A stretch of 64,000 nt of DNA, taken from positions 19 to 64,018 of the forward strand of contig JAFGVM010000031.1 in assembly GCA_016937995.1 (NCBI GenBank), read 5' to 3'. Numbering within the stretch: position 1 is the stretch's first letter; each line of letters opens with the position of its first letter. Source of the DNA: Candidatus Delongbacteria bacterium (GTDB lineage Bacteria; UBA4055). Shown one piece after another: positions 27,107 through 37,269 of the stretch. The position numbers and the translations under genes are program-made. The notes under the pieces are model-generated. The model was not told where the DNA came from. It was given only the letters and a program-made list of their open reading frames with translations, and made no database searches.

Positions 27107-27180
27107 GATCGACCTCGCTTTATTTTTGTTTACAAACTAAATCTAGTGAATTAAAGATCATGAAAATAGGGGGCAACGTT

Positions 27181-27202
27181 TTGTGATACTTAAAGTATAC
27201 AA
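27181..27202. promoter_or_regulatory. Candidate operator palindrome between the TPR gene and the peptide gene
   Basis: TTGT(G)ATACTT-A-AAGTATACAA is a 10-bp inverted repeat with one bulged base. Confidence 0.4.
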
Positions 27203-27228
27203 TTATATAAAAAATGTAGCTAAAAATA

Positions 27229-29412
27229 TTAGTCTATTAAAGAGAGTTCTTTTTTGATAAGTTCGATTTCTTTGCTTAGATCCATATTATTGTTGTTTTT
27301 TATCATTAGATTATAAAATTTTAAAGATTCGGAATAGTAATGAAGAGCCAGTGCCGGTTCATTATGTTCCTTATATATGTTACCGAGATTTTTATTCACA
27401 CCGGCAAGAATGATATTGTTATTTGATAGCAAACCCAATTCAATGCATGAATTGAAATAATCTATAGATAATTCGCTTTTTTTCATACTATAGTAAATTT
27501 TTCCAAGAATGTTATAGCAATATATAAGATATTTGTGATTATTATATGAGTGTGAAAGATCGATAAGTTCATTTAAAATTTCAATAGATTCAGAATACTT
27601 TCTCAGTAGATAAAGAGTTTTCCCTAAATAGTACAGATTTTCAAAATAAATGTAATTATTTTGATATAATTTATACTTTGAGCAGGATAACCTAAAAAGA
27701 GTTTCAGCATTATTTAATTTATTTTGATTATAGTTGTAAAGGCCTGTTTTATAATTGGATTCTGCTATGTAACTTTCTTTTTTTATTTCTTTAGATAAAT
27801 CTATTATTTTTTTATGAAATCTATCAATTTTAGTTTTATCTGGATTGATCGAGTTTATATATATTGAGAGAGAATTTCTCAATGAGTGAATTATTAATAC
27901 AACATTATTTGTATCTTTAGCGATTTTTTCTTGTCGTAGATAATTCAATTTTGCTGATCTGAAATCTCCTTGAATGTAATATATATTTCCTAGGATACCA
28001 TAGCCTTTTGCTAAAAAAGTTCTGTTGTTCGTTCTTTTAGAGTATTTAATTAGTTTATTTGTTAATTTTAGTGAATTATCCAGATTTCCAGAATTAATGT
28101 TTTTTGTAATGAAAGTTTGATGAAACTCAAAGTAAGAGTTTTTATCCTTAATTAATTCAAAATCATTTAACGCCTTATTAAAATAATTATCTGCTTCTTT
28201 TGTTCTTGCCAATATATAACTTATCATTCCAAGATAAAAATTGGTTTTAGCGGAATATTCATACAGCTTTAATTTATTATAAATAATGAGACTATTATTA
28301 TAAAATTCTTTAGATAAGCTAAAATTATCCAGATGATAATAAATGTCAGCCTGTTTCAGTAAAGAATTTGCTTTTAATTCATCAACATTTTCACAGCTTA
28401 ATGATGTTAAATATACTTTGTTATACAATTCAAGTGCATTTTCAAAATCAAAGCTTATCTTTGCCATATCTCCCAGTTTTTCAATTTCTTCGATAACACT
28501 TGTTAAAATATTTCTTTGGTATTTTGGTAATGAAATAACATTCCAGTAGTTGTTAAAACTGATGATCTTATTTGCATCCTGAATGAAGTCATCAATAAAG
28601 ATGGGTGGAATAATAAAGTTGCTTTCTAGTTCCTGAATGCTTTTTTCAGTAATAAGCTTTTTATATGTTTCATGGAAAAGATCTTCAATCCCGTAAGATT
28701 TTACATAATCTAATTTAGAGTTTTTTGGAAATTTCGGTTTTGATATAAACTCCAGATCAACACCGTATTTATCTTTGATAAATCTGTTAAATATTATTTT
28801 ATTACCCTGTTGATCCAAAGATTCCAGGTTAGTTTTGATTTTCGATATATTTTTAAATTGCTCCAGTCCCTGAATGTTAGAAAGGATATAATCCATGAAA
28901 ACACATAAGTTAGTATTATCCTTGAAAGAGCTGAATCCAATAAAATGATTGTTTGAATTATTGTCTGTTATGTTTATTTGATAAAGAGAATAAACTTCAC
29001 CGTATTTAACTGTTTGAGAAAGCACATTGATATATATATTTAAAAAACTAACTTCATTTATTTTATTCACGTTATTTTTTAATTTACCAAGTTTTCTAGA
29101 GATCAGTGAAACATCACAATCAAGGTTGAGTTTTTCTTTAATTTCAGCGTTTGTTAATCCGGGAGATCTATCTTTTATTTTTTTTATTTTTAATATGGTT
29201 TTCTGATCAAGTTTTACTTTTTGTCTATCTTCTCTTTTCTTTCTGTAGGTAAAGCTGTCCTCTCCTAAAAGATCAAAATTCCTGATCCATTTTGATACTG
29301 TTATCCTGTTTAAATTATAAAATTTTGATGCATTGCTGATATTACTGTGCAAAGCAAATTCACATACTTCTTTTTTAAATTCAGGGGTATATATAACTCT
29401 CTTTTTTCCCAT
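27229..29412 (-). CDS. HTH + degenerate transposase (rve-like) domain fused to ~10 TPR repeats
   Basis: YTPEFKKEV...NISNASKFYNLNRITVSKWIRNF (transposase HTH), a second HTH, an rve-like YQINITD...HFIGFS segment lacking the DDE residues, then ~40-aa TPRs (LGNIYY, LGKIYY, LGNIYK). Confidence 0.8.
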   Translation of the reverse strand: MGKKRVIYTPEFKKEVCEFALHSNISNASKFYNLNRITVSKWIRNFDLLGEDSFTYRKKREDRQKVKLDQKTILKIKKIKDRSPGLTNAEIKEKLNLDCDVSLISRKLGKLKNNVNKINEVSFLNIYINVLSQTVKYGEVYSLYQINITDNNSNNHFIGFSSFKDNTNLCVFMDYILSNIQGLEQFKNISKIKTNLESLDQQGNKIIFNRFIKDKYGVDLEFISKPKFPKNSKLDYVKSYGIEDLFHETYKKLITEKSIQELESNFIIPPIFIDDFIQDANKIISFNNYWNVISLPKYQRNILTSVIEEIEKLGDMAKISFDFENALELYNKVYLTSLSCENVDELKANSLLKQADIYYHLDNFSLSKEFYNNSLIIYNKLKLYEYSAKTNFYLGMISYILARTKEADNYFNKALNDFELIKDKNSYFEFHQTFITKNINSGNLDNSLKLTNKLIKYSKRTNNRTFLAKGYGILGNIYYIQGDFRSAKLNYLRQEKIAKDTNNVVLIIHSLRNSLSIYINSINPDKTKIDRFHKKIIDLSKEIKKESYIAESNYKTGLYNYNQNKLNNAETLFRLSCSKYKLYQNNYIYFENLYYLGKTLYLLRKYSESIEILNELIDLSHSYNNHKYLIYCYNILGKIYYSMKKSELSIDYFNSCIELGLLSNNNIILAGVNKNLGNIYKEHNEPALALHYYSESLKFYNLMIKNNNNMDLSKEIELIKKELSLID

Positions 29413-29571
29413 TTAACCTATAGTTGCAGATGTTAGAATTAGTAAGTACAAAATCAAAATATATTAAATTATTGAAATTATCAAGAAATTTTATTTATAG
29501 TTCATATGTAAAATTATTTATCTTGAATCAAAGACCAAAATTTATATATTACTATAAGGGGGAAATAAATT

Positions 29572-29970
29572 ATGTTCATAGAAAAAGAAATAGGATCAAA
29601 TTTACGCGAAGAGTTTATAGATATTACTCATACTGTCAGGGATGCGGTGGTTGAGTCAGGGATAATGAATGGTATTATTACGATATTTGTACCACATACA
29701 ACAGCAGGTATCACGATAAATGAAAATGCGGATCCTGATGTCAGGACAGATATTATTCACGGGTTAAGTTCATTCGGATTTGATTCAATGGATTTCAGGC
29801 ATGTAGAAGGGAATTCATCAGCTCATATTAAATCAACATTGACAGGCAGTAGTGTGACTGTAATTCTTAAAGATGGTGAATTAGTTCTAGGCACTTGGCA
29901 GGGTATATATTTTTGTGAGTATGATGGACCAAGAAGAAGGAAGATTCAGATAAAGATATCCGGAAGTTAA
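29572..29970 (+). CDS. yjbQ: YjbQ/UPF0047 family protein
   Basis: PHTTAGITINENADPDV, HVEGNSSAHIKS, LGTWQGIYFCEYDGPR. Confidence 0.95.
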   Translation: MFIEKEIGSNLREEFIDITHTVRDAVVESGIMNGIITIFVPHTTAGITINENADPDVRTDIIHGLSSFGFDSMDFRHVEGNSSAHIKSTLTGSSVTVILKDGELVLGTWQGIYFCEYDGPRRRKIQIKISGS

Positions 29971-29979
29971 ATTCTAACT

Positions 29980-31206
29980 TTATTCGTAATGCAATGCTTC
30001 GATAGGGTTCATATTTGCGGCTTTTCTGGCCGGTAAAAATCCTGATATCAAACCAACAGATACTGATACAACAAAAGAAACAATAATTGATACAAACGTT
30101 ACACTTGTATCCCATTCAGCGTATTTAGAAATTGCATATGTCATTATTATTCCAAGAATGATGCCAAGAACACCACCGATCAGACTGATCATTCCTGCTT
30201 CAGATAAAAATTGAATGGTAATAGATCTTTTTGTAGCACCAACAGCCATTCTAAGACCAATCTCCTTTCGTCTTTCCAATGCATTTGCCAGCATAATATT
30301 GGTGATGCCGATACCTCCCACAAGTAATGAAATAGAAGCTATTGTTCCCATTACGATATTAAAGATCTGCTGAGTTTTCTGTGCCTGTGATAATAATTCT
30401 CTCGGAAGTATTATCTTATAATCCTTCTGGTCGTTATGGATCCTTTTTAATATAGATCCGATCACTTCAGAAAGTTTGAAAACATTATCATCATTTTGAG
30501 TTTGAACTGTAATTCTGTCGACATTTGCTTCATGTGGAGATTTACCGTGACGTTTTATCATAGTGTTCAAAGGTATTATGATGGCGTTCTCGTTGCTTGC
30601 AATTTTTATTTTATCAGTTGATTTGTCAGAACCGGATCTGGATCTGAATATTCCTATGATATTAAATCTCTGATCATAGATCTTTATTGACCTTCCGATC
30701 GGATCTTCTCCGATAAAATATTTATTAGCGATCTTATCGCTGATAACACAAACCATCTTAAAGTTAAGATTATCATCACTATTAAAAAATCTGCCATTTC
30801 TCAATAGAATATTTTTGATCTTGAGAAAATTCTCATTTGTTGCAATTATATCGGTCTTTGAGATCGCTGTTCCCATTGTAACATCTACAGTTGAGTAGAT
30901 CTCAGAAATGACAATCGATTTAGAGAGTGTACTTGAAATAATGTGCGAGTCTTTTGTTGTTAATCCCCGGGATAAATTTTTTGATATATCACCATCAATG
31001 AAATCATCTTTAGCGATATTGTCAATAATAACATTATTTAATCCAAGTAGTTTGATCTGATCGATCAGCTCTTTCTTGGCTCCCTCACTTATTGACATCA
31101 TTGAAATAACTGCTGCCACACCAAAAATGATCCCAAGTGTAGTAAGAAAAGATCTAAAAACATTATGTCCTAATGATTCGAAAGCTATTATAATATCTGT
31201 CATCAT
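29980..31206 (-). CDS. MacB/FtsX family ABC transporter permease
   Basis: RSFLTTLGIIFGVAAVI, SLLVGGIGITNIML..ERRKEIGLRMAVGA, PARKAA..NPIEAL. Confidence 0.95.
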   Translation of the reverse strand: MMTDIIIAFESLGHNVFRSFLTTLGIIFGVAAVISMMSISEGAKKELIDQIKLLGLNNVIIDNIAKDDFIDGDISKNLSRGLTTKDSHIISSTLSKSIVISEIYSTVDVTMGTAISKTDIIATNENFLKIKNILLRNGRFFNSDDNLNFKMVCVISDKIANKYFIGEDPIGRSIKIYDQRFNIIGIFRSRSGSDKSTDKIKIASNENAIIIPLNTMIKRHGKSPHEANVDRITVQTQNDDNVFKLSEVIGSILKRIHNDQKDYKIILPRELLSQAQKTQQIFNIVMGTIASISLLVGGIGITNIMLANALERRKEIGLRMAVGATKRSITIQFLSEAGMISLIGGVLGIILGIIMTYAISKYAEWDTSVTFVSIIVSFVVSVSVGLISGFLPARKAANMNPIEALHYE

Positions 31207-31217
31207 TTTATTTGCAT

Positions 31218-32405
31218 TTACTTAGGAAAACATATCAGGAAGGATGAACCTTTACCTAATTCTGACATCACTGATATTTCACCTTTGTAAGAATTGACCA
31301 TTTGTTTTGTTATCATTAGTCCCAAACCTGAACCTTTCCCAAATTCTTTTGTGGTAAATCCGGTCTCAAAGATTTTATTAATATATTTCTCACTGATACC
31401 ACAACCGGTATCTTCGATAATGGTGCAAATCCTGTCATTTTTACTAAAACTCTTAATTGAAATTGATCTTTCTTCTGAATCTGAAACAGCATCGATAGCA
31501 TTTTTTATTAAATTGGAAAATATTTGATCAAAATGTACTCTAATTCCCAGAATATTGGGTAAGCTACCATCAAGATCAGTGTAAAAGTTGATCTTATCAG
31601 AGTATTTTAATTTAAAAGTAAACTTATCCACCAGAGTGATTATTACATCATTTAAGCTGACAGGTATATTCTTAACAAGGTTGGCATCTTTAGCAGTTAG
31701 AGTGATGCTCCTTATCATTTCTTCCATCTTAATAAAACTTTCATCAATTAACTGCATTATGGTCTTAATTTGTGGTTGTATATCAGAATTTTTATTTATT
31801 TCATCTTCAAGTAACTGATAACCTGTGATCAGGGTTTGCAAAGGGCTGTTAAGATTATGAACGATTGATGCGGAAAATTTTCCAATTTCATAGAATTTTT
31901 CCATCTCATTTATCTTAGAAGATTTTTTTAATACATCCTGGATCAATGTTTCATTTGTTCTTTCAAGCACCAGGTTCTGCAGTTTGATCTTTTCTTTCAT
32001 TTTTTTATGCTCTAATCCCTGATTGATCACCTGTATCAGCTGACTTGCGTCAACAGGTTTAAAAAGAAAAGAAAAGATGTGGCCTTTATTTACAGCTCTT
32101 ACAATATCTTTTTTATCAGAGTTCCCACTCAAAATGATCTTGGTTATATCAGGATGTTCATTATGAATCTTTTCAACAAGTTCGCAACCTCTCATTCCAG
32201 GCATCATTTCATCTGATATGAGCAGATCGATGTCATTATTTTCTATTATTAAAGCTACTTCTGTTGGATCCAGAGTTGTGAAAACAGTAAAATATCTTTC
32301 AAGGATCATTCTCAATGAATTTAACGTCAGTTCTTCATCGTCAACTATTAAGATATTAGCTGTTCTCTGGTCAATATCTATATCCCGAGGTGTAAGATCA
32401 ACCAT
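31218..32405 (-). CDS. Hybrid receiver-histidine kinase
   Basis: ILIVDDE/LLISDEMMP receiver, H-box VHNLNSPL, N-box NLIKNAIDA, EDTGCGI, FTTK, GSGLGL. Confidence 0.93.
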   Translation of the reverse strand: MVDLTPRDIDIDQRTANILIVDDEELTLNSLRMILERYFTVFTTLDPTEVALIIENNDIDLLISDEMMPGMRGCELVEKIHNEHPDITKIILSGNSDKKDIVRAVNKGHIFSFLFKPVDASQLIQVINQGLEHKKMKEKIKLQNLVLERTNETLIQDVLKKSSKINEMEKFYEIGKFSASIVHNLNSPLQTLITGYQLLEDEINKNSDIQPQIKTIMQLIDESFIKMEEMIRSITLTAKDANLVKNIPVSLNDVIITLVDKFTFKLKYSDKINFYTDLDGSLPNILGIRVHFDQIFSNLIKNAIDAVSDSEERSISIKSFSKNDRICTIIEDTGCGISEKYINKIFETGFTTKEFGKGSGLGLMITKQMVNSYKGEISVMSELGKGSSFLICFPK

Positions 32406-32559
32406 ATTTTTCCGATAATAATTATATTAGTCAGCAAATTATAAACAATATGTTTAATAATATCAAGAAAGAAACGATGTTTAAATGTTGACTATTGTTG
32501 CCGGGAGTGCTAAATTAATCAATGTAAAAAAAATATTTTTATCAGATGAAAGAAATTGA

Positions 32560-33357
32560 ATGAAAATTCTAGCTAATAATATAAGAAAAGATATAGTTAA
32601 TATGATATTTGAAGCGGGTTCGGGACATTTGGGTGGTTCATTGAGCCTTGTGGAATTTTTAACCGCATTGTATTTCGAGAAATTGAAACACGATCCAGAC
32701 AATCCAGATTGGCAAGAGAGGGATAGGGTTATTCTATCAAAGGGACATGCCGCTCCGGTTCTCTATTCAGTACTTGCAAGAGCCGGATATTTTCCTGTAA
32801 AACATTTACTTAGTTTACGAAAGTTAAATTCTGACCTTGAAGGGCATCCAAACATAAAAACTCCCGGGATTGAGGTTGGAACCGGTTCGTTGGGTCAGGG
32901 TTTATCTATTGGTTGCGGATTGGCTTTATCATTCAAGAAAAAAATGATGTCAAACATTACTTACGTAATCATGGGTGACGGAGAATTACAGGAAGGTCAA
33001 AATTGGGAAGCGGCAATGTTTGCAGGAAATAATAATTTGAATAACCTCGTTGCATTTGTAGACTGGAACGATCTTCAAATAGATGGTAAAGTTTCAGAAG
33101 TGAACGGAATTGAACCACTGGAAGCTAAATGGAAAGCTTTTAACTGGAATACAAGAGTGATCGACGGTCATAATATTGATGAGATCATTAAAACATTAAA
33201 TTCAGGGGCAGATAGCGTCAAGCCATTAGTAATAATTGGAAAAACAATTAAAGGCAAAGGTATATCATTTATGGAAGATAAGGCAGAATGGCATGGAAAA
33301 CCACTGAATAAAGAATTGTATATCAAAGCTATGGAGCAACTGGAAATTGAAATTTGA
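32560..33357 (+). CDS. Transketolase, N-terminal subunit
   Basis: SGHLGGSLS, DRVILSKGH, TGSLGQG, GDGELQEG. Confidence 0.95.
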   Translation: MKILANNIRKDIVNMIFEAGSGHLGGSLSLVEFLTALYFEKLKHDPDNPDWQERDRVILSKGHAAPVLYSVLARAGYFPVKHLLSLRKLNSDLEGHPNIKTPGIEVGTGSLGQGLSIGCGLALSFKKKMMSNITYVIMGDGELQEGQNWEAAMFAGNNNLNNLVAFVDWNDLQIDGKVSEVNGIEPLEAKWKAFNWNTRVIDGHNIDEIIKTLNSGADSVKPLVIIGKTIKGKGISFMEDKAEWHGKPLNKELYIKAMEQLEIEI

Positions 33358-34321
33358 TACCGGACAGTCAATAGAAAAGATCGCGACCAGATTTGGTTAT
33401 TCTGAAGCACTTATCAGGTTGCTGGATCAAAATAAAGATATATTAGTTCTTGATGCAGATCTGGCAAAATCTACAACGACATCACTGGTTCAGGATAGGT
33501 ATCCCGACCATTTTGTTGATGTTGGTATAGCGGAACAGAACTTAGTAGGTATAGCAGCCGGGATCAGCTTAAATGGCACAACTCCTTTCATATCGACCTA
33601 TGCTGCATTTTTAGCCGGTAGAGCATTTGATCAAATAAGAACTACTGTCTGTTATTCAAACTTGAATGTGAAATTTGCCGGTATGCATACCGGGATTACA
33701 GTAGGGGAAGATGGTCCGACCCATCAAATGCTTGAGGATATTGCACTGATGAGAGTTCTTCCTAATATGACCATACTGAATCCCTGTGACTATAATGAGG
33801 CAGTAAAGGCAACATTAGCAGCTGATAATTTAAAAGGTCCGGTATATATCAGATTCGTTAGAGAATCTACAGAAGTATTTACAAAAAAGAATGACCGGTT
33901 CGTTGTTGGAGAGGCAAATGAATTATTAAAGGGTAAAGACCTTACATTTATATCCTCAGGACCGATCCTGTACAAAGCTTTACAGGCTGCTGAGGAACTT
34001 ATCAATGAAGGATATAGTATCAGAGTTCTGAACTTCCATACAATAAAACCCCTTGATAATGATGCTATCATAAAAGCAGCTATGGAAACTAAGGGAATAC
34101 TGGTCATAGATGAGCATCAGATCTATGGGGGGCTTGGAACTGCAGTTTCAGAAGTCATAGCTATGAATAATTTAGATGTATTGTATAAATTAATTGCTGT
34201 TGAAGATAGATTTTTAACTTCAGGTAAACCTGAAGAATTACTGAATATGACTGGATTTACTAAAGAAAATATTAAGAGAATAGCAAAAGAAATGATAACT
34301 CAGAAAAAATCAGGGACATAA
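33347..34321 (+). CDS. Transketolase, C-terminal subunit
   Basis: DADLAKST, GIAEQN, RAFDQIR, GEDGPTHQ. Confidence 0.95.
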   Translation: MKFDTGQSIEKIATRFGYSEALIRLLDQNKDILVLDADLAKSTTTSLVQDRYPDHFVDVGIAEQNLVGIAAGISLNGTTPFISTYAAFLAGRAFDQIRTTVCYSNLNVKFAGMHTGITVGEDGPTHQMLEDIALMRVLPNMTILNPCDYNEAVKATLAADNLKGPVYIRFVRESTEVFTKKNDRFVVGEANELLKGKDLTFISSGPILYKALQAAEELINEGYSIRVLNFHTIKPLDNDAIIKAAMETKGILVIDEHQIYGGLGTAVSEVIAMNNLDVLYKLIAVEDRFLTSGKPEELLNMTGFTKENIKRIAKEMITQKKSGT

Positions 34322-35272
34322 ATGAAGAAATTATTTCTCATATCTATCATTACAATTATGTGTGTTACTTTCTCTCAATCAATTGAATTTACGCTTAGAA
34401 CAATATATTTGAAAGCTGATAAAGATATGAGGGATAAACTGACTGCATATAATAAACTGCTTGAAGACAAACTAAATACGTATGACTGGAAATTCCCTCA
34501 TAATGACTTTGAAGGAATAAGTACAAATATCAACCTGAACATTGAAAAATCAACAAGTGAAGGTAAATTCGAAGGAATGATCACTATAAGCAGTGGGTTG
34601 ATAACAAAAAACAGAGTCAGTGTTCCTCTAAAAAAGGATATATATTATAACGAGCAGGATGTAGTGTTCAGCCTGGATGTAAATCTTGAACCTGATCTGG
34701 ACAGTAAAGTACCTTCATCAATAGAAAATATTTTGAGATTTTACGGATATCTGATCTTAGGTGAGAATTTTGACAGATTATCGTATACTGATCAGAAAAA
34801 TTTCAAGCTGGAAGGTGAATATTATTATCTCCAGATATATGAGTTTGAAAATCTTCTAAACAGTGCCCAGGAAAGAAAGAACTGGAATAAAAGACTGGAT
34901 ATTATAAATGATATAAAATTAAATAACAACATCAGGCAAAGAAAATTGAATGCTTTTATCTATAATGCTACATATTTTATAAACACCGGCAGATCAAAAA
35001 GAGCCGAATACTTTGTCGAGCCGATCTATAGTATTCTGAGTTCTAATGAAAAATACGATCAGGAAACTTTTTTTAAAAATAATTATTTTGCATTAGCAGA
35101 GATTTTTGCATTAGTACCTGATACAACTTATATAAATTTTCTGATCGATAAAGATCCGGCTCATAAATCAATTTATTCAGGTAAATTACCAAAGATCAGC
35201 CCAAAAGTTAATGAGGAAAAAAGTAATATTAATAGAGTTCCTCAGAACGATCTTGATATCCTGAAAAGGTAA
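34322..35272 (+). CDS. DUF4835/PorD-like secreted protein
   Basis: Signal peptide, LNTYDW and ILRFYGYLILGENFD resemble DUF4835 (recognised by eye). Confidence 0.55.
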   Translation: MKKLFLISIITIMCVTFSQSIEFTLRTIYLKADKDMRDKLTAYNKLLEDKLNTYDWKFPHNDFEGISTNINLNIEKSTSEGKFEGMITISSGLITKNRVSVPLKKDIYYNEQDVVFSLDVNLEPDLDSKVPSSIENILRFYGYLILGENFDRLSYTDQKNFKLEGEYYYLQIYEFENLLNSAQERKNWNKRLDIINDIKLNNNIRQRKLNAFIYNATYFINTGRSKRAEYFVEPIYSILSSNEKYDQETFFKNNYFALAEIFALVPDTTYINFLIDKDPAHKSIYSGKLPKISPKVNEEKSNINRVPQNDLDILKR

Positions 35273-35373
35273 TTTTAAATATTCTGCAATACCACTCCAT
35301 GAGAAATATTTATTGCGTTTTTTTGAAAAATAAATTAGCTTAAGTATGATTTGAAGCTAACAAAAATTAGGAA

Positions 35374-36369
35374 ATGGCTATGAAAAGTATAATTTATTTA
35401 ATAGTAGCAAGCTTAATGCTTGTAGGATGTTCTGCAGAGAGATTTGTACTGCTGTCTGATGGAGAATATCTTGAAGAATTGGCATTAGTAACTAATAGTG
35501 ATAAAAGTGTGATGTTCTCAAACGGGGGAGATAATAAGAAAAATATTGTCTTTAACGTATGGGATGAGGAAAGTGAATCATATAATATCTCTTTGAAGGA
35601 TTATGTTTTCTCAAACAGAGTTTCTGAAAAAACTACCGGTCCTCAGAATTACTTTCTTTTTCCTAATTTATGCAATGCTACAAATCAGATCGTTTTTCAA
35701 TACTGGGACAGAGACAATTTTGATATTTATTACGTGGATGCATTTAAGGACCATGCTAAAACACAGGTAACACATACAACAGATAATGAATATAATCCTT
35801 CATGGTCTCCTGATGGTAAATTCGTTGTTTATGAGCAGGGTGTCCCTCCGTTATCACTTGCTGAAGAAACAAGTGAAACCTATGATGCTGTTGTATATGA
35901 TGAGGAGTTTATCAGGGATAATAAGTTGTGGTTAAAAAACATCGAAACAAATGATACTAAATTGTTAGGAAGAGGCAGTTATCCAAAGATATCTCCTGAT
36001 GGAACAAAAATAGTATATGTTTCATACGAACTGGATGCTGATGAAAATATTATAGGTTGTATATGGGTAATGGGAATAAATGGAGCGATGCCGTTGCAAC
36101 TGACGAACAGAGATCAGGGTTATGCAACTATGCCGAACTGGAGTCCAGATGGTAAGAGTATCGTATATCAATCTTATTCTGAATATAAACCTGATACTGA
36201 TATTTATACAATTAGTGCTGATGGAGGGGCTGCAATGTGTCATACAAAGAATACATCTGAGGATTTTGCACCATATTGGTCTACCGACGGATATATCTAC
36301 TTCTCATCGGACAGAGTTTCTTTTCCTCATCACTATAATATCTGGAGATTTAAGATTCCTACGAATTAA
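35374..36369 (+). CDS. TolB-like (PD40 repeat) lipoprotein
   Basis: Lipobox LVGC and repeated PSWSPDG / ISPDG / PNWSPDG / PYWSTDG. Confidence 0.88.
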   Translation: MAMKSIIYLIVASLMLVGCSAERFVLLSDGEYLEELALVTNSDKSVMFSNGGDNKKNIVFNVWDEESESYNISLKDYVFSNRVSEKTTGPQNYFLFPNLCNATNQIVFQYWDRDNFDIYYVDAFKDHAKTQVTHTTDNEYNPSWSPDGKFVVYEQGVPPLSLAEETSETYDAVVYDEEFIRDNKLWLKNIETNDTKLLGRGSYPKISPDGTKIVYVSYELDADENIIGCIWVMGINGAMPLQLTNRDQGYATMPNWSPDGKSIVYQSYSEYKPDTDIYTISADGGAAMCHTKNTSEDFAPYWSTDGYIYFSSDRVSFPHHYNIWRFKIPTN

Positions 36370-36389
36370 TTACTTTTAGAAATATTACG

Positions 36390-36417
36390 AAAAAAGACGC
36401 TTTTAAGCGTCTTTTTT
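36390..36417. terminator. Bidirectional terminator
   Basis: AAAAAAGACGC-TTTTAA-GCGTCTTTTTT between convergent genes. Confidence 0.85.
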
Positions 36418-36495
36418 GTATTATTCTTATTACTTTTGCATGACCAAAAGTAATCATCCCGATTTATCGGGATCAAGAAAAAGTTAAGGAAACTA

Positions 36496-37137
36496 TTATT
36501 TCTTCCTGACGGGGCAGTATTTTACTTTGCAGAGTTCACATTTTGGGCCTATTGGTCGGCAGATTGTTTGCCCGAAAGCAACAAGAAGATCATTGATCTC
36601 ACTCCAGTACTTTTTAGGTATCTTCTCCATCAGAGAAAATTCAGTTTCCTCAGGATCTTTGGTATTATGAATTCCCCAGCGGTTTGAAATCCTGTGAACA
36701 TGAGTGTCAACACATATAGTATCCTGCCCGTATCCTAACGAAAGTACAAGATTGGCAGTCTTTCTACCAATACCTTTGAATTTAAGCAGTTCATCCAGTG
36801 AGTCAGGTACTTTAGAACCATATTTATCTATGAGTATTTGTGAAATTTCAATAAGAGTTTTTGATTTCTGTTTGTAAAACCCAACGGGGTAAATAAGTTT
36901 TCTTACTTCTTCTTCGTGAAGCTTAATCATTTTTTCAGGAGTGTCAGCTTTCTCAAAGATCTTGTATGATGCCTGAGCGGTTACTTCATCTTTTGTTCTC
37001 AGAGATAATAAAGTTGAGACTAATACTTTGTAAGGATCCTTTGTTTGGACAGAGATCAATGTAACTATAGGTGCATTCCAATTTTTATACTCTTCTCTCA
37101 GTATTTGAATGTTTTCAATGAATTGTTTTGTATTCAT
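36496..37137 (-). CDS. nth: Endonuclease III
   Basis: HhH motif GIGRKTAN, VDTHVHRI and FCL motif CRPIGPKCELCKVKYC. Confidence 0.95.
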   Translation of the reverse strand: MNTKQFIENIQILREEYKNWNAPIVTLISVQTKDPYKVLVSTLLSLRTKDEVTAQASYKIFEKADTPEKMIKLHEEEVRKLIYPVGFYKQKSKTLIEISQILIDKYGSKVPDSLDELLKFKGIGRKTANLVLSLGYGQDTICVDTHVHRISNRWGIHNTKDPEETEFSLMEKIPKKYWSEINDLLVAFGQTICRPIGPKCELCKVKYCPVRKK

Positions 37138-37217
37138 AATTTTCTTTTAAATTTAATTGCGATTTTATACGAATAAGAACAAATTTACAGAAATAATCTA
37201 CAATAGACAATGTAAAT

Positions 37218-37245
37218 GTAGGGGGCTAAGATCTGCGTACCTTAC
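37218..37245. repeat. Degenerate GTAG-type REP
   Basis: GTAGGGGGCTAAGATCTGCGTACCTTAC, related to 8258-8286. Confidence 0.55.
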
Positions 37246-37269
37246 AAATAACAACAGCAGGAGTAAATA

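Noticed and set aside
26925-27140. 71-aa plus-strand ORF from the track
   Set aside because: Antisense shadow of the minus-strand peptide gene 26939-27106, which has the RBS and signal peptide.
27229-29412. Active IS element
   Set aside because: The DDE residues look degenerate, the frame continues into TPRs, and no terminal inverted repeats or target duplication were seen.
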